Of a DNA stretch of 64,000 nucleotides, positions 18,039 through 28,536 are shown piece after piece. The notes below the pieces were generated by a model. The model had not been told where the DNA came from and did no database searches. It saw nothing but the letters and a program-made list of their open reading frames with translations. The stretch comes from Patescibacteria group bacterium (lineage in GTDB: Bacteria > Patescibacteriota > JAQUNI01). How positions within the stretch are numbered: position 1 is the first letter of the stretch; the number at the start of each line of letters is the position of its first letter. The position numbers and the translations under genes were made by a program. The stretch lies in the NCBI GenBank assembly GCA_028717685.1, contig JAQUNI010000001.1:481094-545093 (forward strand), given 5' to 3'.

Positions 18039-19964
18039 ATGAAAAAAAATTTAATCTTATTCTGCGCTCTAGTTGCTCTTTTTTGGGCTATCCCAGTAAT
18101 TCCAGACGCCAAAGCCGAGGATAAGCCAGCCGAATTAAATAATCAGCCGGCGGCTCAAATTTTCCCTAAATTGCCGACCACGCCCGATGACCCCCATTTG
18201 GATGACGCCAAGGTTTATCCGATGTGGGGACCGCTTTGCATGCGCTATACTTATTCCGTGGTTTATCAAGACGATAAAAACCGCGCGCCGGAATATATGA
18301 GGATGTATTTTAACGGCAAATGGCTTGACCTTGCAAAAGAAAACAAGAACGATTCTGATTACAAAAAGGGGGTAAAATATGTTTACAAGTTTGTGCCTAA
18401 TAAACTGGGCTCAAATTTCTATTTCTTTGAAGCTTCAAATGGCAAGGGCAAAGCGCGCGACGGGATTATTGATTCACCAGACAATGGGCCGGTTCTGTTT
18501 GAAACTGATTTTTCCCAAAATGAGATTGCCTTGATTGACCCGAAATCTGGCCAAAAATTATGGAGTTATCCCACCCACAAAGAATGGGTAAAAGGAGTAG
18601 CCCTTTCCGACGATGGCAAATATTTAGCGGCGACTACCACCAAACATATTTATTTCTTTGAAACGAGCAAGCAGAATCCGCTTTGGAGTTATCAGTATCA
18701 AGGCAGTTTTGATGTGGAAAACAATGATGTCAAAGGCGGCGTTGACGTTTCCGTCGATGGTTCCAAAATCTTTGCCCTGATTGGCAAATACGCTATTTTG
18801 TTTTCCAAAGATTCAAATCAACCAATCTGGCAGAAGGATGTCAAACAACAAGGCTACAACACGGCTATTTCGGCTGACGGGAAATATATGGCTGCGGGCA
18901 CGGCGGGGGATGAGAAAAATGTTGATACCAATTTATTAATATTATGGAGCGAAAAGAGCGCGACCCCCTTGTGGCAGTACCACGCCGCTGGCAACTTTCA
19001 TGATGTTTCTTTGTCTTTTGACGGCTCATATATTGCCGGAGCAACCGGCTGCCCCGACCGACGCGCCTATATTTTTTCCAAGGATTCAAACGAGCCAGTG
19101 ATGAGAAGCGATATGCTAGCCGAAGATTCTCCGGTCAACCGAGCTAAAATTTCAGCTGACGGGAAATACGTGGCTTACTCGGCTGAATATAACAAAGGTA
19201 TTGCCTTTTTGTTTAAAAATCCAAAATTTGGCGGCTCAAACCAGCCTGTCTGGAAACTTTTACCGCCCAGCCAACGTTCAGGCCGAGCTTTGGCAATGAC
19301 ACCGGATGCTAAAACCATCTTAGAAACAACTTTCGCGGGTGATGTTCTGACTCTTGGCCTTGCTTCAAATCAACCAACTGCTTATTGGAAGTATCCCAAT
19401 CCAATTGCCGCCGCCGATTTAAGCGACGATGGCAGGTTAATCGCTGTCGGCGGAACGGCGGAAAGAGTCTATCTCATTGACGGCGATTCCAAAAAACAAA
19501 CGGCGGAGGTTCAATTTTCAGAATATATCAGCGAAATTGATGTGGCAGGCGACGGCAAATATGTGGCGGCTGGCACTGGCGGCGCTAATTATTTTTTTGA
19601 ATCTTTTAGCCAAAATGAGAATAAAAAGGTTAGTTGCGATAAAGTTATTGAGCCGGAGCCGGAGATGGTCCAGGATCAAACCGATTCCAAGCTTTACGAC
19701 GGCGTTCAAGATGTTGATCAAAACTTGTCCGGCGGCAACGAGGTTAAACAATTTACGCAAAAAAATTGGCTCATTATTGTCTCAACCTTGGCTTGCTTAA
19801 TAATTTTGTTCTCAATAATTTTTGGCAAAACCAGAAAAAAATATTGGCTCATTATTATTATTTTGCTGATTATCGCTTTGGTATTGAGCTTAATTTTTTT
19901 CCGCAAACCTCCAAAATCTGATTTAGAAAAAACCGAACAGGGTACTCAATTAGAAAACCAATGA
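18039..19964 (+). CDS. secreted beta-propeller surface protein, paralog B of 15998-17998
   Basis: Near-identical signal peptide and N-terminal domain (YTYSV.Y.D...PEY...YFNGK...KKGVKY.YK.VPNK.GSNFY.FEASNG), same repeat architecture and C-terminal TM. Confidence 0.5.
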   Translation: MKKNLILFCALVALFWAIPVIPDAKAEDKPAELNNQPAAQIFPKLPTTPDDPHLDDAKVYPMWGPLCMRYTYSVVYQDDKNRAPEYMRMYFNGKWLDLAKENKNDSDYKKGVKYVYKFVPNKLGSNFYFFEASNGKGKARDGIIDSPDNGPVLFETDFSQNEIALIDPKSGQKLWSYPTHKEWVKGVALSDDGKYLAATTTKHIYFFETSKQNPLWSYQYQGSFDVENNDVKGGVDVSVDGSKIFALIGKYAILFSKDSNQPIWQKDVKQQGYNTAISADGKYMAAGTAGDEKNVDTNLLILWSEKSATPLWQYHAAGNFHDVSLSFDGSYIAGATGCPDRRAYIFSKDSNEPVMRSDMLAEDSPVNRAKISADGKYVAYSAEYNKGIAFLFKNPKFGGSNQPVWKLLPPSQRSGRALAMTPDAKTILETTFAGDVLTLGLASNQPTAYWKYPNPIAAADLSDDGRLIAVGGTAERVYLIDGDSKKQTAEVQFSEYISEIDVAGDGKYVAAGTGGANYFFESFSQNENKKVSCDKVIEPEPEMVQDQTDSKLYDGVQDVDQNLSGGNEVKQFTQKNWLIIVSTLACLIILFSIIFGKTRKKYWLIIIILLIIALVLSLIFFRKPPKSDLEKTEQGTQLENQ

Positions 19965-20122
19965 TTGAAATGATGATATAGAGAAATAAATCTAAAATAT
20001 CATGGCGGCACTTGGGGGCAAAAAAATTAGGGCAAGAAGGCCATCAAATATAACAAAGAGGTGAGAAATGGTTAGTTTTGGATTATGAAAAAAAATTAAA
20101 AAAATTTAAATAGCAGAAACGC

Positions 20123-21607
20123 ATGGTCAAAAAATATATTTTAGAGGGGGTTATTTTCTTTTGCGGAGCAATCGGAATGATTTTAGAACTCACTGGATCA
20201 AGAATTTTAGCGCCATATTTTGGAACATCAATTTTAGTCTGGACAAATATAATCGGGCTAATCTTGGGCAGTTTAAGTTTGGGTTATTATTTGGGAGGAA
20301 GAATAGCGGACAAGCAGGCAAATTATAAGATTCTATCAATCATCATTCTAACAGCCGCGGGGTCTGTATTTTTAGCCGCGTTCAGCCATCAATATTTTTT
20401 ATATTCAATTTCAAGCCTAATTCATGATTTGAGGTTGGGTTCATTTATCGCTACCTTAATTTTATTTGCTCCGGCAAGCGTCGCCTTGGGCATGGTTTCA
20501 CCTTATGTGGTGAAACTGAAGATGCAGGATTTAAAAAATACAGGCAAGACCGTGGGGAATCTTTACGCTCTTTCCACGATTGGCAGTATCGCAGGCACAT
20601 TTTTAAGCGGATTTATCCTGATCGCGACACTAGGCAGCACAATAATTTTATTTATTTTGAGCGTTGCTTTAGTTTTAATCAGTTTAATTACCAATATCAG
20701 CTATTACAAAATTAAAACCGGATTGATCCTAATTTTACTAATTAGTATCGGAATATTTAATCAGATTAAACGCGAGAGGGAAAGCAGGGGATTTATTGAC
20801 ATAGACACGCAATATCAGAGAATTCAAATTTTTCAGGGAATTGACGCGAAGAATAACGAACCCGCGAGATATCTTAGAACCGACCCTTTATCAGTCCAAT
20901 CAGCAATGTATTTAAATAGCAATGATCTAGTTTTTGACTATACAAAATTTTATAATTTATTTAAATACTTTAATCCGGAAGCAAAGCAGACTTTAATGAT
21001 CGGAGGCGCGGGGTATTCTTATCCAAAATATTATTTAGAAAATTTCCCAAACCTGACGATGGATGTCGTGGAAATTGATCCAATGATGACTAAACTCGCG
21101 AAAAAATATTTTCGCCTGCAGGACAATCCAAGATTAAAAATTAACCATGAGGACGGAAGAGTATTTTTAAATCGAACCAAGAATAAATATGATGCTGTAT
21201 TGGGGGACGCTTTTAACGCCCACACACCGCCTTTTCAATTAACAACCAAAGAGGCGACGCAAAAAATTTATGATTTGCTGAATCCCGAGGGAGTGGCGAT
21301 AGTTAACCTTATTTCCTCTCTTTCCGGGGGAAAAAGCAAATTTCTAGAAGCGGAATACGCAACCTACAAGGCAGTATTTCCGCAAGTTTATTTATTTCCA
21401 GTAAACGGTCAAAATAATCTTGAACGAACGCAAAACATTATTTTAGTAGCGCTAAAAACAGGAAAAAATCCGCAACTCAATATTCAAAATCCGGAATTTG
21501 ACCAATATTTAAAAAATATTTACTATCTTCCAACAAATCAAAAACCATTACCAATTTTAACAGACGAAAAGGCGCCGGTGGAAAATTACACTTTGAATTT
21601 TTATTAA
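20123..21607 (+). CDS. spermidine/polyamine synthase fused to N-terminal multi-TM domain
   Basis: N-terminal about 200 aa of hydrophobic helices; C-terminal aminopropyltransferase-like block (LMIGGAGYSYP...VVEIDP...DAVLGDAFN). Confidence 0.75.
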   Translation: MVKKYILEGVIFFCGAIGMILELTGSRILAPYFGTSILVWTNIIGLILGSLSLGYYLGGRIADKQANYKILSIIILTAAGSVFLAAFSHQYFLYSISSLIHDLRLGSFIATLILFAPASVALGMVSPYVVKLKMQDLKNTGKTVGNLYALSTIGSIAGTFLSGFILIATLGSTIILFILSVALVLISLITNISYYKIKTGLILILLISIGIFNQIKRERESRGFIDIDTQYQRIQIFQGIDAKNNEPARYLRTDPLSVQSAMYLNSNDLVFDYTKFYNLFKYFNPEAKQTLMIGGAGYSYPKYYLENFPNLTMDVVEIDPMMTKLAKKYFRLQDNPRLKINHEDGRVFLNRTKNKYDAVLGDAFNAHTPPFQLTTKEATQKIYDLLNPEGVAIVNLISSLSGGKSKFLEAEYATYKAVFPQVYLFPVNGQNNLERTQNIILVALKTGKNPQLNIQNPEFDQYLKNIYYLPTNQKPLPILTDEKAPVENYTLNFY

Positions 21608-21758
21608 TCAATTGGAATTCATTGAAAAATAGGCGGTTTAAAAAGCTTTGGGAAATCCATGGCTTTAACTAGCGCATAAACCTTGCATCAAGGGGGTTTT
21701 TAGATTATGATGAAGGTGTTTTTAAAAGGAGGGAATTTTGAAAATTTAATTTATTTTT

Positions 21759-22634
21759 ATGCCTAAAATCACCAAAGCGATTATTACCGCCGCGGGCTAC
21801 GGCACCCGCTTTTTGCCCGCGACAAAGGTCCAGCCAAAAGAAATGCTGCCTATCATTGATAAACCCATTATCCAATATCTCGTTGAAGAAGCGGTAGCGT
21901 CGGGAATTAAAGATGTCATTATTGTCACCCGCGCGGGTTTGCATTCTTTAGAAGATCATTTTGATTCCGCTTTTGAGATTGAACACCAACTAGAAGCTAA
22001 CGGTAAAAAGGATATTTTAGAAAAACTGAAACAGCTGACCCGAATGGCTAATTTTGTTTACATCCGCCAAACCAAAGACCTGCCCTATGGCAATGGTTCG
22101 CCACTTTTAGCCGCTCAACACTTAATTGGCAAAAATGAAGCTTTTGTTTATATGTTCGGCGACGATCTGGTAAAGTCAAAGGTGCCGGCAACAAAACAAC
22201 TCATTCAAACCTTTAACAAAACCAAACCCAAAGCCGTGATCGGCGTGCAAGAAATACCCCAGGAAGAAACCAACCGCTACGGCATTGTTAAATACAAAAA
22301 AGACACTAAAATTAACCAGATCGTGAAGCTGGTGGAAAAACCTGCCGCGAGCGAAGCGCCGTCCAATATGGCTGTGTTCGGCCGCTACATTTTAACCGAT
22401 AAAATCATCAAAATTTTAGAAAATCTCCCTCTAGGGAAAGATAATGAGCTGTGGCTTGCCGACGCTCTTAACAAATTAGCCCAGACTGAAAGAGTAGTAG
22501 CCACGCCTATTAACGGCAAATGGTTAACCACAGGCGATCCTTTACGCTATATGAAAGCTATGGTAGAATTTGCCTTAGAGAGGAAAGATATTGGGCCGGA
22601 TTTTACGGAGTACTTAAAGGGACTCAAATTGTAA
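21759..22634 (+). CDS. galU: UTP--glucose-1-phosphate uridylyltransferase
   Basis: KAIITAAGYGTRFLPATKVQPKEMLPIIDKPIIQY matches GalU N-terminal signature. Confidence 0.85.
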   Translation: MPKITKAIITAAGYGTRFLPATKVQPKEMLPIIDKPIIQYLVEEAVASGIKDVIIVTRAGLHSLEDHFDSAFEIEHQLEANGKKDILEKLKQLTRMANFVYIRQTKDLPYGNGSPLLAAQHLIGKNEAFVYMFGDDLVKSKVPATKQLIQTFNKTKPKAVIGVQEIPQEETNRYGIVKYKKDTKINQIVKLVEKPAASEAPSNMAVFGRYILTDKIIKILENLPLGKDNELWLADALNKLAQTERVVATPINGKWLTTGDPLRYMKAMVEFALERKDIGPDFTEYLKGLKL

Positions 22635-22747
22635 TTCTAACCATAAAACATTGTTCAATTGTTCCATTGCTCAATTGTTGGTTTTTAATAATGGAATAAT
22701 AGAACAATCGAGCAATGATGACTTTAGAAGTGTGAATCGCATCTAAA

Positions 22748-24082
22748 ATGAAAATAAAAAAAATCCTTATTATTCTCTTGGTTCCCGTCCTCCTCGCTAC
22801 GGTCGGTTTTGGCTGTAAAAGATCCTGCGCGCCAGGGCAACCCGGCGGAACCACTAAGAAACAGCCCGTTGAGCTTACTTTTTGGGGAATCTTTACCGAG
22901 AGCGGTCAGATTGAACCTGTGATTAAGGCTTTTGAAGCACAAAATCCCAATATTAAAATCAATTACAAAAATTTCGGCAATGATTACCCTAATTACCGCA
23001 CCGAAATTTTTAACGCCCTTGCTCAAGGCAGGGGACCTGATATTTGGATGGTGCACCATACTTGGATTCAAAGGGATAAAGATTTCCTGACCCCTTGCCC
23101 TCCGGAATTATGCAATGTCCAAAACTTTAAAGAGACAATGGTAAAAGCGGTCGTAGACGACAGCATTATTGACGGTTCTATCTATGCTATGCCTTGGAGT
23201 CTAGACACCTTAGCGCTTTTTTATAACAAAGATTTATTTAACCAGGCGCATATCTTAAACCCTCCGCGAACTTGGGAAGAATTTACAGAGGACGTGAAAA
23301 AACTCACCAAGCAAAATGAAAAGGGGCAAATCATACAAGCGGGGGCGGCTCTCGGCACAGGACAAAATATCAATCGCGCCCCTGATATCCTTGCTCTTCT
23401 GATGATGCAAAATGGCGCTCAAATGACAGACATAAACCGCGGCACAGTAACCTTTAACACCTCTGGCGCTCCCAGCGCGCCCTCCCCAAACGGCAGCCAG
23501 CAGCAGGAAACCTTGCCCGGCGAGGAAGCTTTTCAATTCTATACTGATTTTGCCTCGCCCAAAAAAGAAACCTACACTTGGAACTCTCTGCAACATTATT
23601 CCATTGACGCTTTCGTAGAAGGCTCTTTGGCGATGATGTTTTCTTACTCCTATCATGTGCCCACGATTCAATTAAAAGCGCCTAATCTGGACTTCGGGGT
23701 GGCTTTATTGCCGCAGGTGTCTGGAGGACGCGAGGTAAATTTCGCGAATTACTGGACAAATGTGGTCGCCACAAGGACTCCTTACAAAAAAGAGGCTTGG
23801 TCTTTCTTGGTTTTTGCCGCTCAAAAAGAAATAATGCAGAAGTTTTGCGAAGACAGCCGCCGCCCTCCGAGCCGGCGCGACCTTTACCAAATGTTTGACA
23901 ACGACCCGGAATTGCAACCTTTTACCAACCAAATTTTAACCGCGGAATCCTGGTATCGCTCGGATAACGACAAGACCGATGCAATCTTTGAAGAAATGAT
24001 TGAAGATGTGGTTTTAGGCAAAAAGAATATCCCCGAAGCGATGACGGAAGCCGCGGCAGAGATGCAGACGATGATGAAGTGA
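22748..24082 (+). CDS. ABC transporter extracellular solute-binding protein (family 1, sugar-type), lipoprotein signal
   Basis: Lipobox-like LATVGFGC; SBP_bac_1-like N-terminal block ELTFWG...I..F...NPNIKI; 444 aa; no adjacent permease/ATPase. Confidence 0.7.
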   Translation: MKIKKILIILLVPVLLATVGFGCKRSCAPGQPGGTTKKQPVELTFWGIFTESGQIEPVIKAFEAQNPNIKINYKNFGNDYPNYRTEIFNALAQGRGPDIWMVHHTWIQRDKDFLTPCPPELCNVQNFKETMVKAVVDDSIIDGSIYAMPWSLDTLALFYNKDLFNQAHILNPPRTWEEFTEDVKKLTKQNEKGQIIQAGAALGTGQNINRAPDILALLMMQNGAQMTDINRGTVTFNTSGAPSAPSPNGSQQQETLPGEEAFQFYTDFASPKKETYTWNSLQHYSIDAFVEGSLAMMFSYSYHVPTIQLKAPNLDFGVALLPQVSGGREVNFANYWTNVVATRTPYKKEAWSFLVFAAQKEIMQKFCEDSRRPPSRRDLYQMFDNDPELQPFTNQILTAESWYRSDNDKTDAIFEEMIEDVVLGKKNIPEAMTEAAAEMQTMMK

Positions 24083-24236
24083 AATTTCTAATTGACCTAA
24101 TTGTTCTAAGTATTCTAAATAATGACCAAATCCTAATAACTAATGACCAAAAATTTCAGAAACCAGTTTAGAAATTTCTTATTAGGTATTGGAATTTATT
24201 TAGGTCAATTAGAATAATTAGAAATTCACAGAGAAC

Positions 24237-24632
24237 ATGTTCAAATTCAAATTATTCTCCACTATAATCCTTGCCCTACTCGGAATATCTTTAGTCTTAA
24301 ACCTAGCCCACGCGGCTTTAGTGCCTTGCGGCGGCACGGGTCAACCGGAGTGCAATCTTTGCCATTTTTTTGTCTTAATCCAAACTATCTTTAAATATCT
24401 GCTGGGATTTCTGGGAATCGTGGCGCTGCTCATCTTTGTCATCATCGGCTTTATGTTTTTATTCGGTTCCACCAATGAAGGTCTGCTCACTACCGGCAAA
24501 AAGGCTCTGACCTCCGCGATAATCGGTCTTGTCCTGGTGCTCGTCGCTTGGCTTATAATCAACACTGTGGGCTACGCCATAGGTTGGGCGCAAAAAGGCA
24601 GCTGGTGGACATTTAATTGCGTATCAGAATAA
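24237..24632 (+). CDS. VirB2/TrbC-like two-TM pilin-family protein (member 1 of array)
   Basis: Signal peptide, 4-Cys loop (PCGGTGQPEC.LC), two hydrophobic helices separated by FGSTNEGLLTTGKKAL loop. Confidence 0.45.
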   Translation: MFKFKLFSTIILALLGISLVLNLAHAALVPCGGTGQPECNLCHFFVLIQTIFKYLLGFLGIVALLIFVIIGFMFLFGSTNEGLLTTGKKALTSAIIGLVLVLVAWLIINTVGYAIGWAQKGSWWTFNCVSE

Positions 24633-24633
24633 A

Positions 24634-24664
24634 CCCTATTAGAAAACTTTGCTTCTAACGGGGT
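24634..24664. repeat. CCCCGTTAGA-family short hairpin after pilin gene 1
   Basis: ccctattagaaaactttgcttctaacggggt. Confidence 0.6.
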
Positions 24665-24687
24665 AAAAACATTTTTATAATTTCAAA

Positions 24688-24738
24688 GGATGTCACTCGC
24701 GAGCCACGTCGTTCGCGAACGACGTGGCGAGTGATATC
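24688..24738. promoter_or_regulatory. 51 nt near-perfect palindrome with GTCGTTCGCGAACGAC core, 9 nt upstream of the giant pilin-adhesin ATG
   Basis: ggatgtcactcgcgagccacgtcgttcgcgaacgacgtggcgagtgatatcc; shares core and flanks (aaaggatgtc...atcctaaaa) with the palindrome at 41548-41571 upstream of dnaA. Confidence 0.55.
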
Positions 24739-24746
24739 CTAAAAAA

Positions 24747-27700
24747 ATGAACACAAAATCTATTTTCAAACTTCTATTTCTTTGTTCTGTAATCTTTATA
24801 CTCGGATTTTCTATCGCACATTCTGCTTTAGCGACTGAACCGATTAATGTTAGTTTGGAAAACCCTATCGGAACAGACACGGTCACAGGGCTCATTAATA
24901 AAATCACGGGCTGGGTTTTAGGCATCGCGGGTTCCATTATGATGATTGTTTTGATTTTCGCGGGTTTTCGCTATTTAACCGCCGGAGCTAATGAAGACAG
25001 AGCCAAAAGCGCCAAAAAAATGCTGACGTGGGCGATTATTGGCATCGCGATAATCGTCGGCGCGGCTGCGATTACCAACGCGGTAATGGACGCGCTGGGC
25101 GTACCTGAAACTACTACCGGCGGGGGAGGGGGTACGGCAAACGTGGCGGCAGCTTTGGACACAATAGAATTGGCTCCGGAGGGCGATCTCAATGGAGATG
25201 GAGAAATCAACGCCGGAGATACGATAAATGTTGTTGCTAATTTAACTAATAATAGTGATCAAGATATTACTCTGAATAATGTCCGCCTCATTGCGGTTGC
25301 GGCTGGCTCTGCAACGGGAATGAATAATCTTGAGCAAGGGGACAAAAAAAAAGTAGCGGGGGCAAGCACATTGATCGCTGACGAACAAGAAATTCTTAAA
25401 TGCGGCTACAGGGAATACTGGATTATTAGAGAATTTGGCCCGATTACCGTTAAAGCGCGGGAAACCGTCGGCTTGCACTCGGAATGGACAGTTCTCAATA
25501 TTCCGGATAATATTTTAATCCAATTAGAAACATCAGACGCAACCCAGCAACAAGCCTGTGAACTTTTAGGCAGGGTGCCGATAGATGGAGGCGAGAGCGG
25601 AACTAGCGGCTTATTAAGTTATGTAAGCCACACGGTGAAGAGAAGCAGTATCGAAAATGAGAGCGCGGAGCCTAAAGTCGCGCCCGGGGCAGAAGTCACA
25701 ATGGAGGTCTGCCTGAAGAATACAGGCGGCGAAGAAATCGATGACGCGAATGTAAATCTTTCCCCGCAAGAGGATGGGGTTAGTGTCTTAAATAACCCGC
25801 GTAGGTACGCGGGGGTAGATCCCGAGGAAGTAGCATGCAAAGACTACGACTTTTCAATCGCGGCAGATTATAAACCAACATCAATCAATTTTAAAATCCA
25901 AGACGCAACGTCAGATGACAAAGTCAGCGAATCTAATATTAAGGTGGATTTAGGCACGGGAGGAGAAGGAGGAATAGAGGAAGGCACATGCAACAGCAGC
26001 AGCGGTTGTGTGACTTTCCAGGAATACACCATTCAGGATAGCTCTATTGGCGGATCAAGGCCAAACGCTAAGGTTGTTCCCGGAGCGACTGTTATGATGC
26101 GTGTTTATTTAGAAAATCAAACCAGCACAGACTTTGGGGACACTATACAGGCAACTCTCACCACCAGCGATAGTGGCGTTACTGTCACGAATAATCCGGG
26201 GAAATATAGCGGAATGCATATTAACAAACACGAATATTACGGATACACATTTTCCATTCCGGGAAGTTACACTAAAAATTCCATAAATTTTACGATCCAA
26301 GGAAGCAAAGTAACCTCAACAAATTTTACTGTGCCGATAGACACAAGTTTTAAACAGAATTTAACCGCCCTCTACTTCGGATCCGGAATAGGCAACACAC
26401 TAGTGGTTAAGGGTACCATCCTGCATCCCACTTTTTCCATTAAGAATACCGGCGCGATGGCTCTTGCCGCGAATCAAGATTTTAATGTTGAATTATACGC
26501 CTGCTATAGCAAAGACGCAGATGCCTGCGCTGGATTAACCAGCAAGCCAGAATATAAATTCTATTCTGGCAGTGCGAAAGAGATGTCCGGCGGGTGGACA
26601 AGCATACCGTCAGGAGGATACGTGGCGGTGAAATATCCCTTAGATTTCGAAGTCAAAGAACAGAAAAATCTTTATCTCGGCATTAAAATAGACACGGGCA
26701 ACAGCATTAATGAAAGCAACGAGAATGATAATACGGGCGGACCATACGAAGTTCAGATCGCTAGCTGGAACGCGGAGGTCAAAGAATTGACTTTAGACGA
26801 TGATCCGACCCAAGGGACTAAAATTACTTATCTCGATCCTCCAGCAAATACCAAAATAGTTTATCGCGGTTCATTTAAAATCACGAACACAGGAACGGGC
26901 AACACTAATCTGGGTTCAACGGATTTTTATTACAAAATTGACCTTATTGACGGACCTTGCGCGGAATCCACTCCAGGATTATATAATAGCCAGGAGCAAC
27001 AATTAACGGGCTATCTTCTTCCCGGCAACTCTGTGACTAAAAATTTAGAAATTGATACGAGGCAGAATTATCCGTTCACTTGGCAGACTGGAAAATCTTA
27101 CAGAGTAAGGATTATATTGAAGGATCACAGTACACTTGAACAAATACCCAATAAAGTGGTTTGCGCCGCGCCTTTCACCTACGGCGGGGAGCCTACCCTT
27201 ACTTATAACGCCAAGGTTCTAAACGCGAGCCTTACCACAACGGGGGTCACTAACTATCTCTATGTGTATGGCAAGGTAAAAAATGACAGCACAAAAAAAG
27301 CGGATGTTAGCTACGGCTGGAGCATTAATAAAAATAGCAGCGGCGCGACGGATAACTTTGGCTGTTTACAAAATGCTTCTACTTATAATTCAGGCGAAAC
27401 TATGAACGCGGGATCAATGCCCGCGGACAGTGAAGTTACAATAACCAGCGGACACATCGACAAGCCTGCTGAAAATGGATATTACCAAACAGTAGTTACG
27501 GCAAATGTTCCCGGGGATACAGATGCAACAGATAATAAAAAATGCTCTACTCCTCTTAAAATAGAAAGTGGCGGAACAAAACCGCCACCTATAGAGCCTG
27601 CTATATCTTACGACCTGGAAGCAAGTAAGGCGGTATTGAGTTATGATCCTGCCGCTAACCGATTTAAAACCACTATCTGCGTCAAAAATCACAGCACTAA

Positions 27701-28466
27701 AAATGGTGAAGCTTATAGCGGTTTTATAGGATATTACTCATGGTCTTTAAGAAGAGATGGCATCGAATCTGTGGAGGCTTCAATGAGCGGTTTCACGGCC
27801 GGATCAGGCGAAGAACAATGTTTTGATGCTAACCCATACCGAACAGAGCTTGGCGAGTATCGGTTTTCTTTAATTACCAGCGTGGGCAACCAAAATATAG
27901 ATGTTAAGCCCGGCAATGATTCAATATGGTCCAATACAGTAACAATTTCCGAAACTCCCCCCGTACTGCCCCCATCCGCTCCAGCTGACTACAAGACAGA
28001 AATCTCTACTTACGGTATGACCGCTAATCCGCCGGATAATCCCGGGACTTATAATTACCGCATTACCTACGAAAACAAAAGCACCCAAGATGGTCAACCG
28101 ATCAGGGCAAATGTGAGTTGGGGCGTTAAGATGTTGCGCAACGACTCTTTGCCAACGGGCTGCCCGGCAAGCGGCGGATCTACGGTATTCTCATATAATA
28201 CAGTCATCGATGCTCAGAACGGCATTTTCGTGGATATGTATGGCGATAGTTATAAACCGAGCCAAGAAGGATATTACCATTTAGAGGCTTGGGCTGGGGT
28301 TAGCGGTTACGAAGACAGTAAAAGTTATAAATGCACTAGCACGGTGCATCACGTTCCCGCCACTTCCGCAAGTTTAGACCTCTCCAGCGCCAATGCCTTT
28401 GCGCTGCCGCTTTTAGACGAGCAAATCAAAAATTTCTGGCAAAAATTGCAGGAGGTGATAGAATAA
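24747..28466 (+). CDS. giant surface protein: N-terminal VirB2/TrbC-like pilin module fused to about 1100 aa Thr/Gly/Asn-rich extracellular domain with CARDB/Ig-like repeats (putative adhesin)
   Basis: Residues about 45-115 (ITGWVLGIAGSIMMIVLIFAGFRYLTAGANEDRAKSAKKMLTWAIIGIAIIVGAAAITNAV) match the two-TM pilin unit of the downstream paralogs; downstream repeats like KV.PGA.V.M.V.L.N.G. Confidence 0.55.
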   Translation: MNTKSIFKLLFLCSVIFILGFSIAHSALATEPINVSLENPIGTDTVTGLINKITGWVLGIAGSIMMIVLIFAGFRYLTAGANEDRAKSAKKMLTWAIIGIAIIVGAAAITNAVMDALGVPETTTGGGGGTANVAAALDTIELAPEGDLNGDGEINAGDTINVVANLTNNSDQDITLNNVRLIAVAAGSATGMNNLEQGDKKKVAGASTLIADEQEILKCGYREYWIIREFGPITVKARETVGLHSEWTVLNIPDNILIQLETSDATQQQACELLGRVPIDGGESGTSGLLSYVSHTVKRSSIENESAEPKVAPGAEVTMEVCLKNTGGEEIDDANVNLSPQEDGVSVLNNPRRYAGVDPEEVACKDYDFSIAADYKPTSINFKIQDATSDDKVSESNIKVDLGTGGEGGIEEGTCNSSSGCVTFQEYTIQDSSIGGSRPNAKVVPGATVMMRVYLENQTSTDFGDTIQATLTTSDSGVTVTNNPGKYSGMHINKHEYYGYTFSIPGSYTKNSINFTIQGSKVTSTNFTVPIDTSFKQNLTALYFGSGIGNTLVVKGTILHPTFSIKNTGAMALAANQDFNVELYACYSKDADACAGLTSKPEYKFYSGSAKEMSGGWTSIPSGGYVAVKYPLDFEVKEQKNLYLGIKIDTGNSINESNENDNTGGPYEVQIASWNAEVKELTLDDDPTQGTKITYLDPPANTKIVYRGSFKITNTGTGNTNLGSTDFYYKIDLIDGPCAESTPGLYNSQEQQLTGYLLPGNSVTKNLEIDTRQNYPFTWQTGKSYRVRIILKDHSTLEQIPNKVVCAAPFTYGGEPTLTYNAKVLNASLTTTGVTNYLYVYGKVKNDSTKKADVSYGWSINKNSSGATDNFGCLQNASTYNSGETMNAGSMPADSEVTITSGHIDKPAENGYYQTVVTANVPGDTDATDNKKCSTPLKIESGGTKPPPIEPAISYDLEASKAVLSYDPAANRFKTTICVKNHSTKNGEAYSGFIGYYSWSLRRDGIESVEASMSGFTAGSGEEQCFDANPYRTELGEYRFSLITSVGNQNIDVKPGNDSIWSNTVTISETPPVLPPSAPADYKTEISTYGMTANPPDNPGTYNYRITYENKSTQDGQPIRANVSWGVKMLRNDSLPTGCPASGGSTVFSYNTVIDAQNGIFVDMYGDSYKPSQEGYYHLEAWAGVSGYEDSKSYKCTSTVHHVPATSASLDLSSANAFALPLLDEQIKNFWQKLQEVIE

Positions 28467-28536
28467 AATCACAACGCGAGCGATAGGGCGCCGCGAGCGG
28501 CTAAAAAACACAAGATCAAAATCAAATAAAAAACCA

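Noticed and set aside
17131-19906. Antisense/internal ORFs within the beta-propeller genes (17131-17598, 17319-17504, 18865-19089, 19477-19800, 19518-19760, 19718-19906)
   Set aside because: They are embedded in longer, motif-bearing sense ORFs, so they are frame artefacts.
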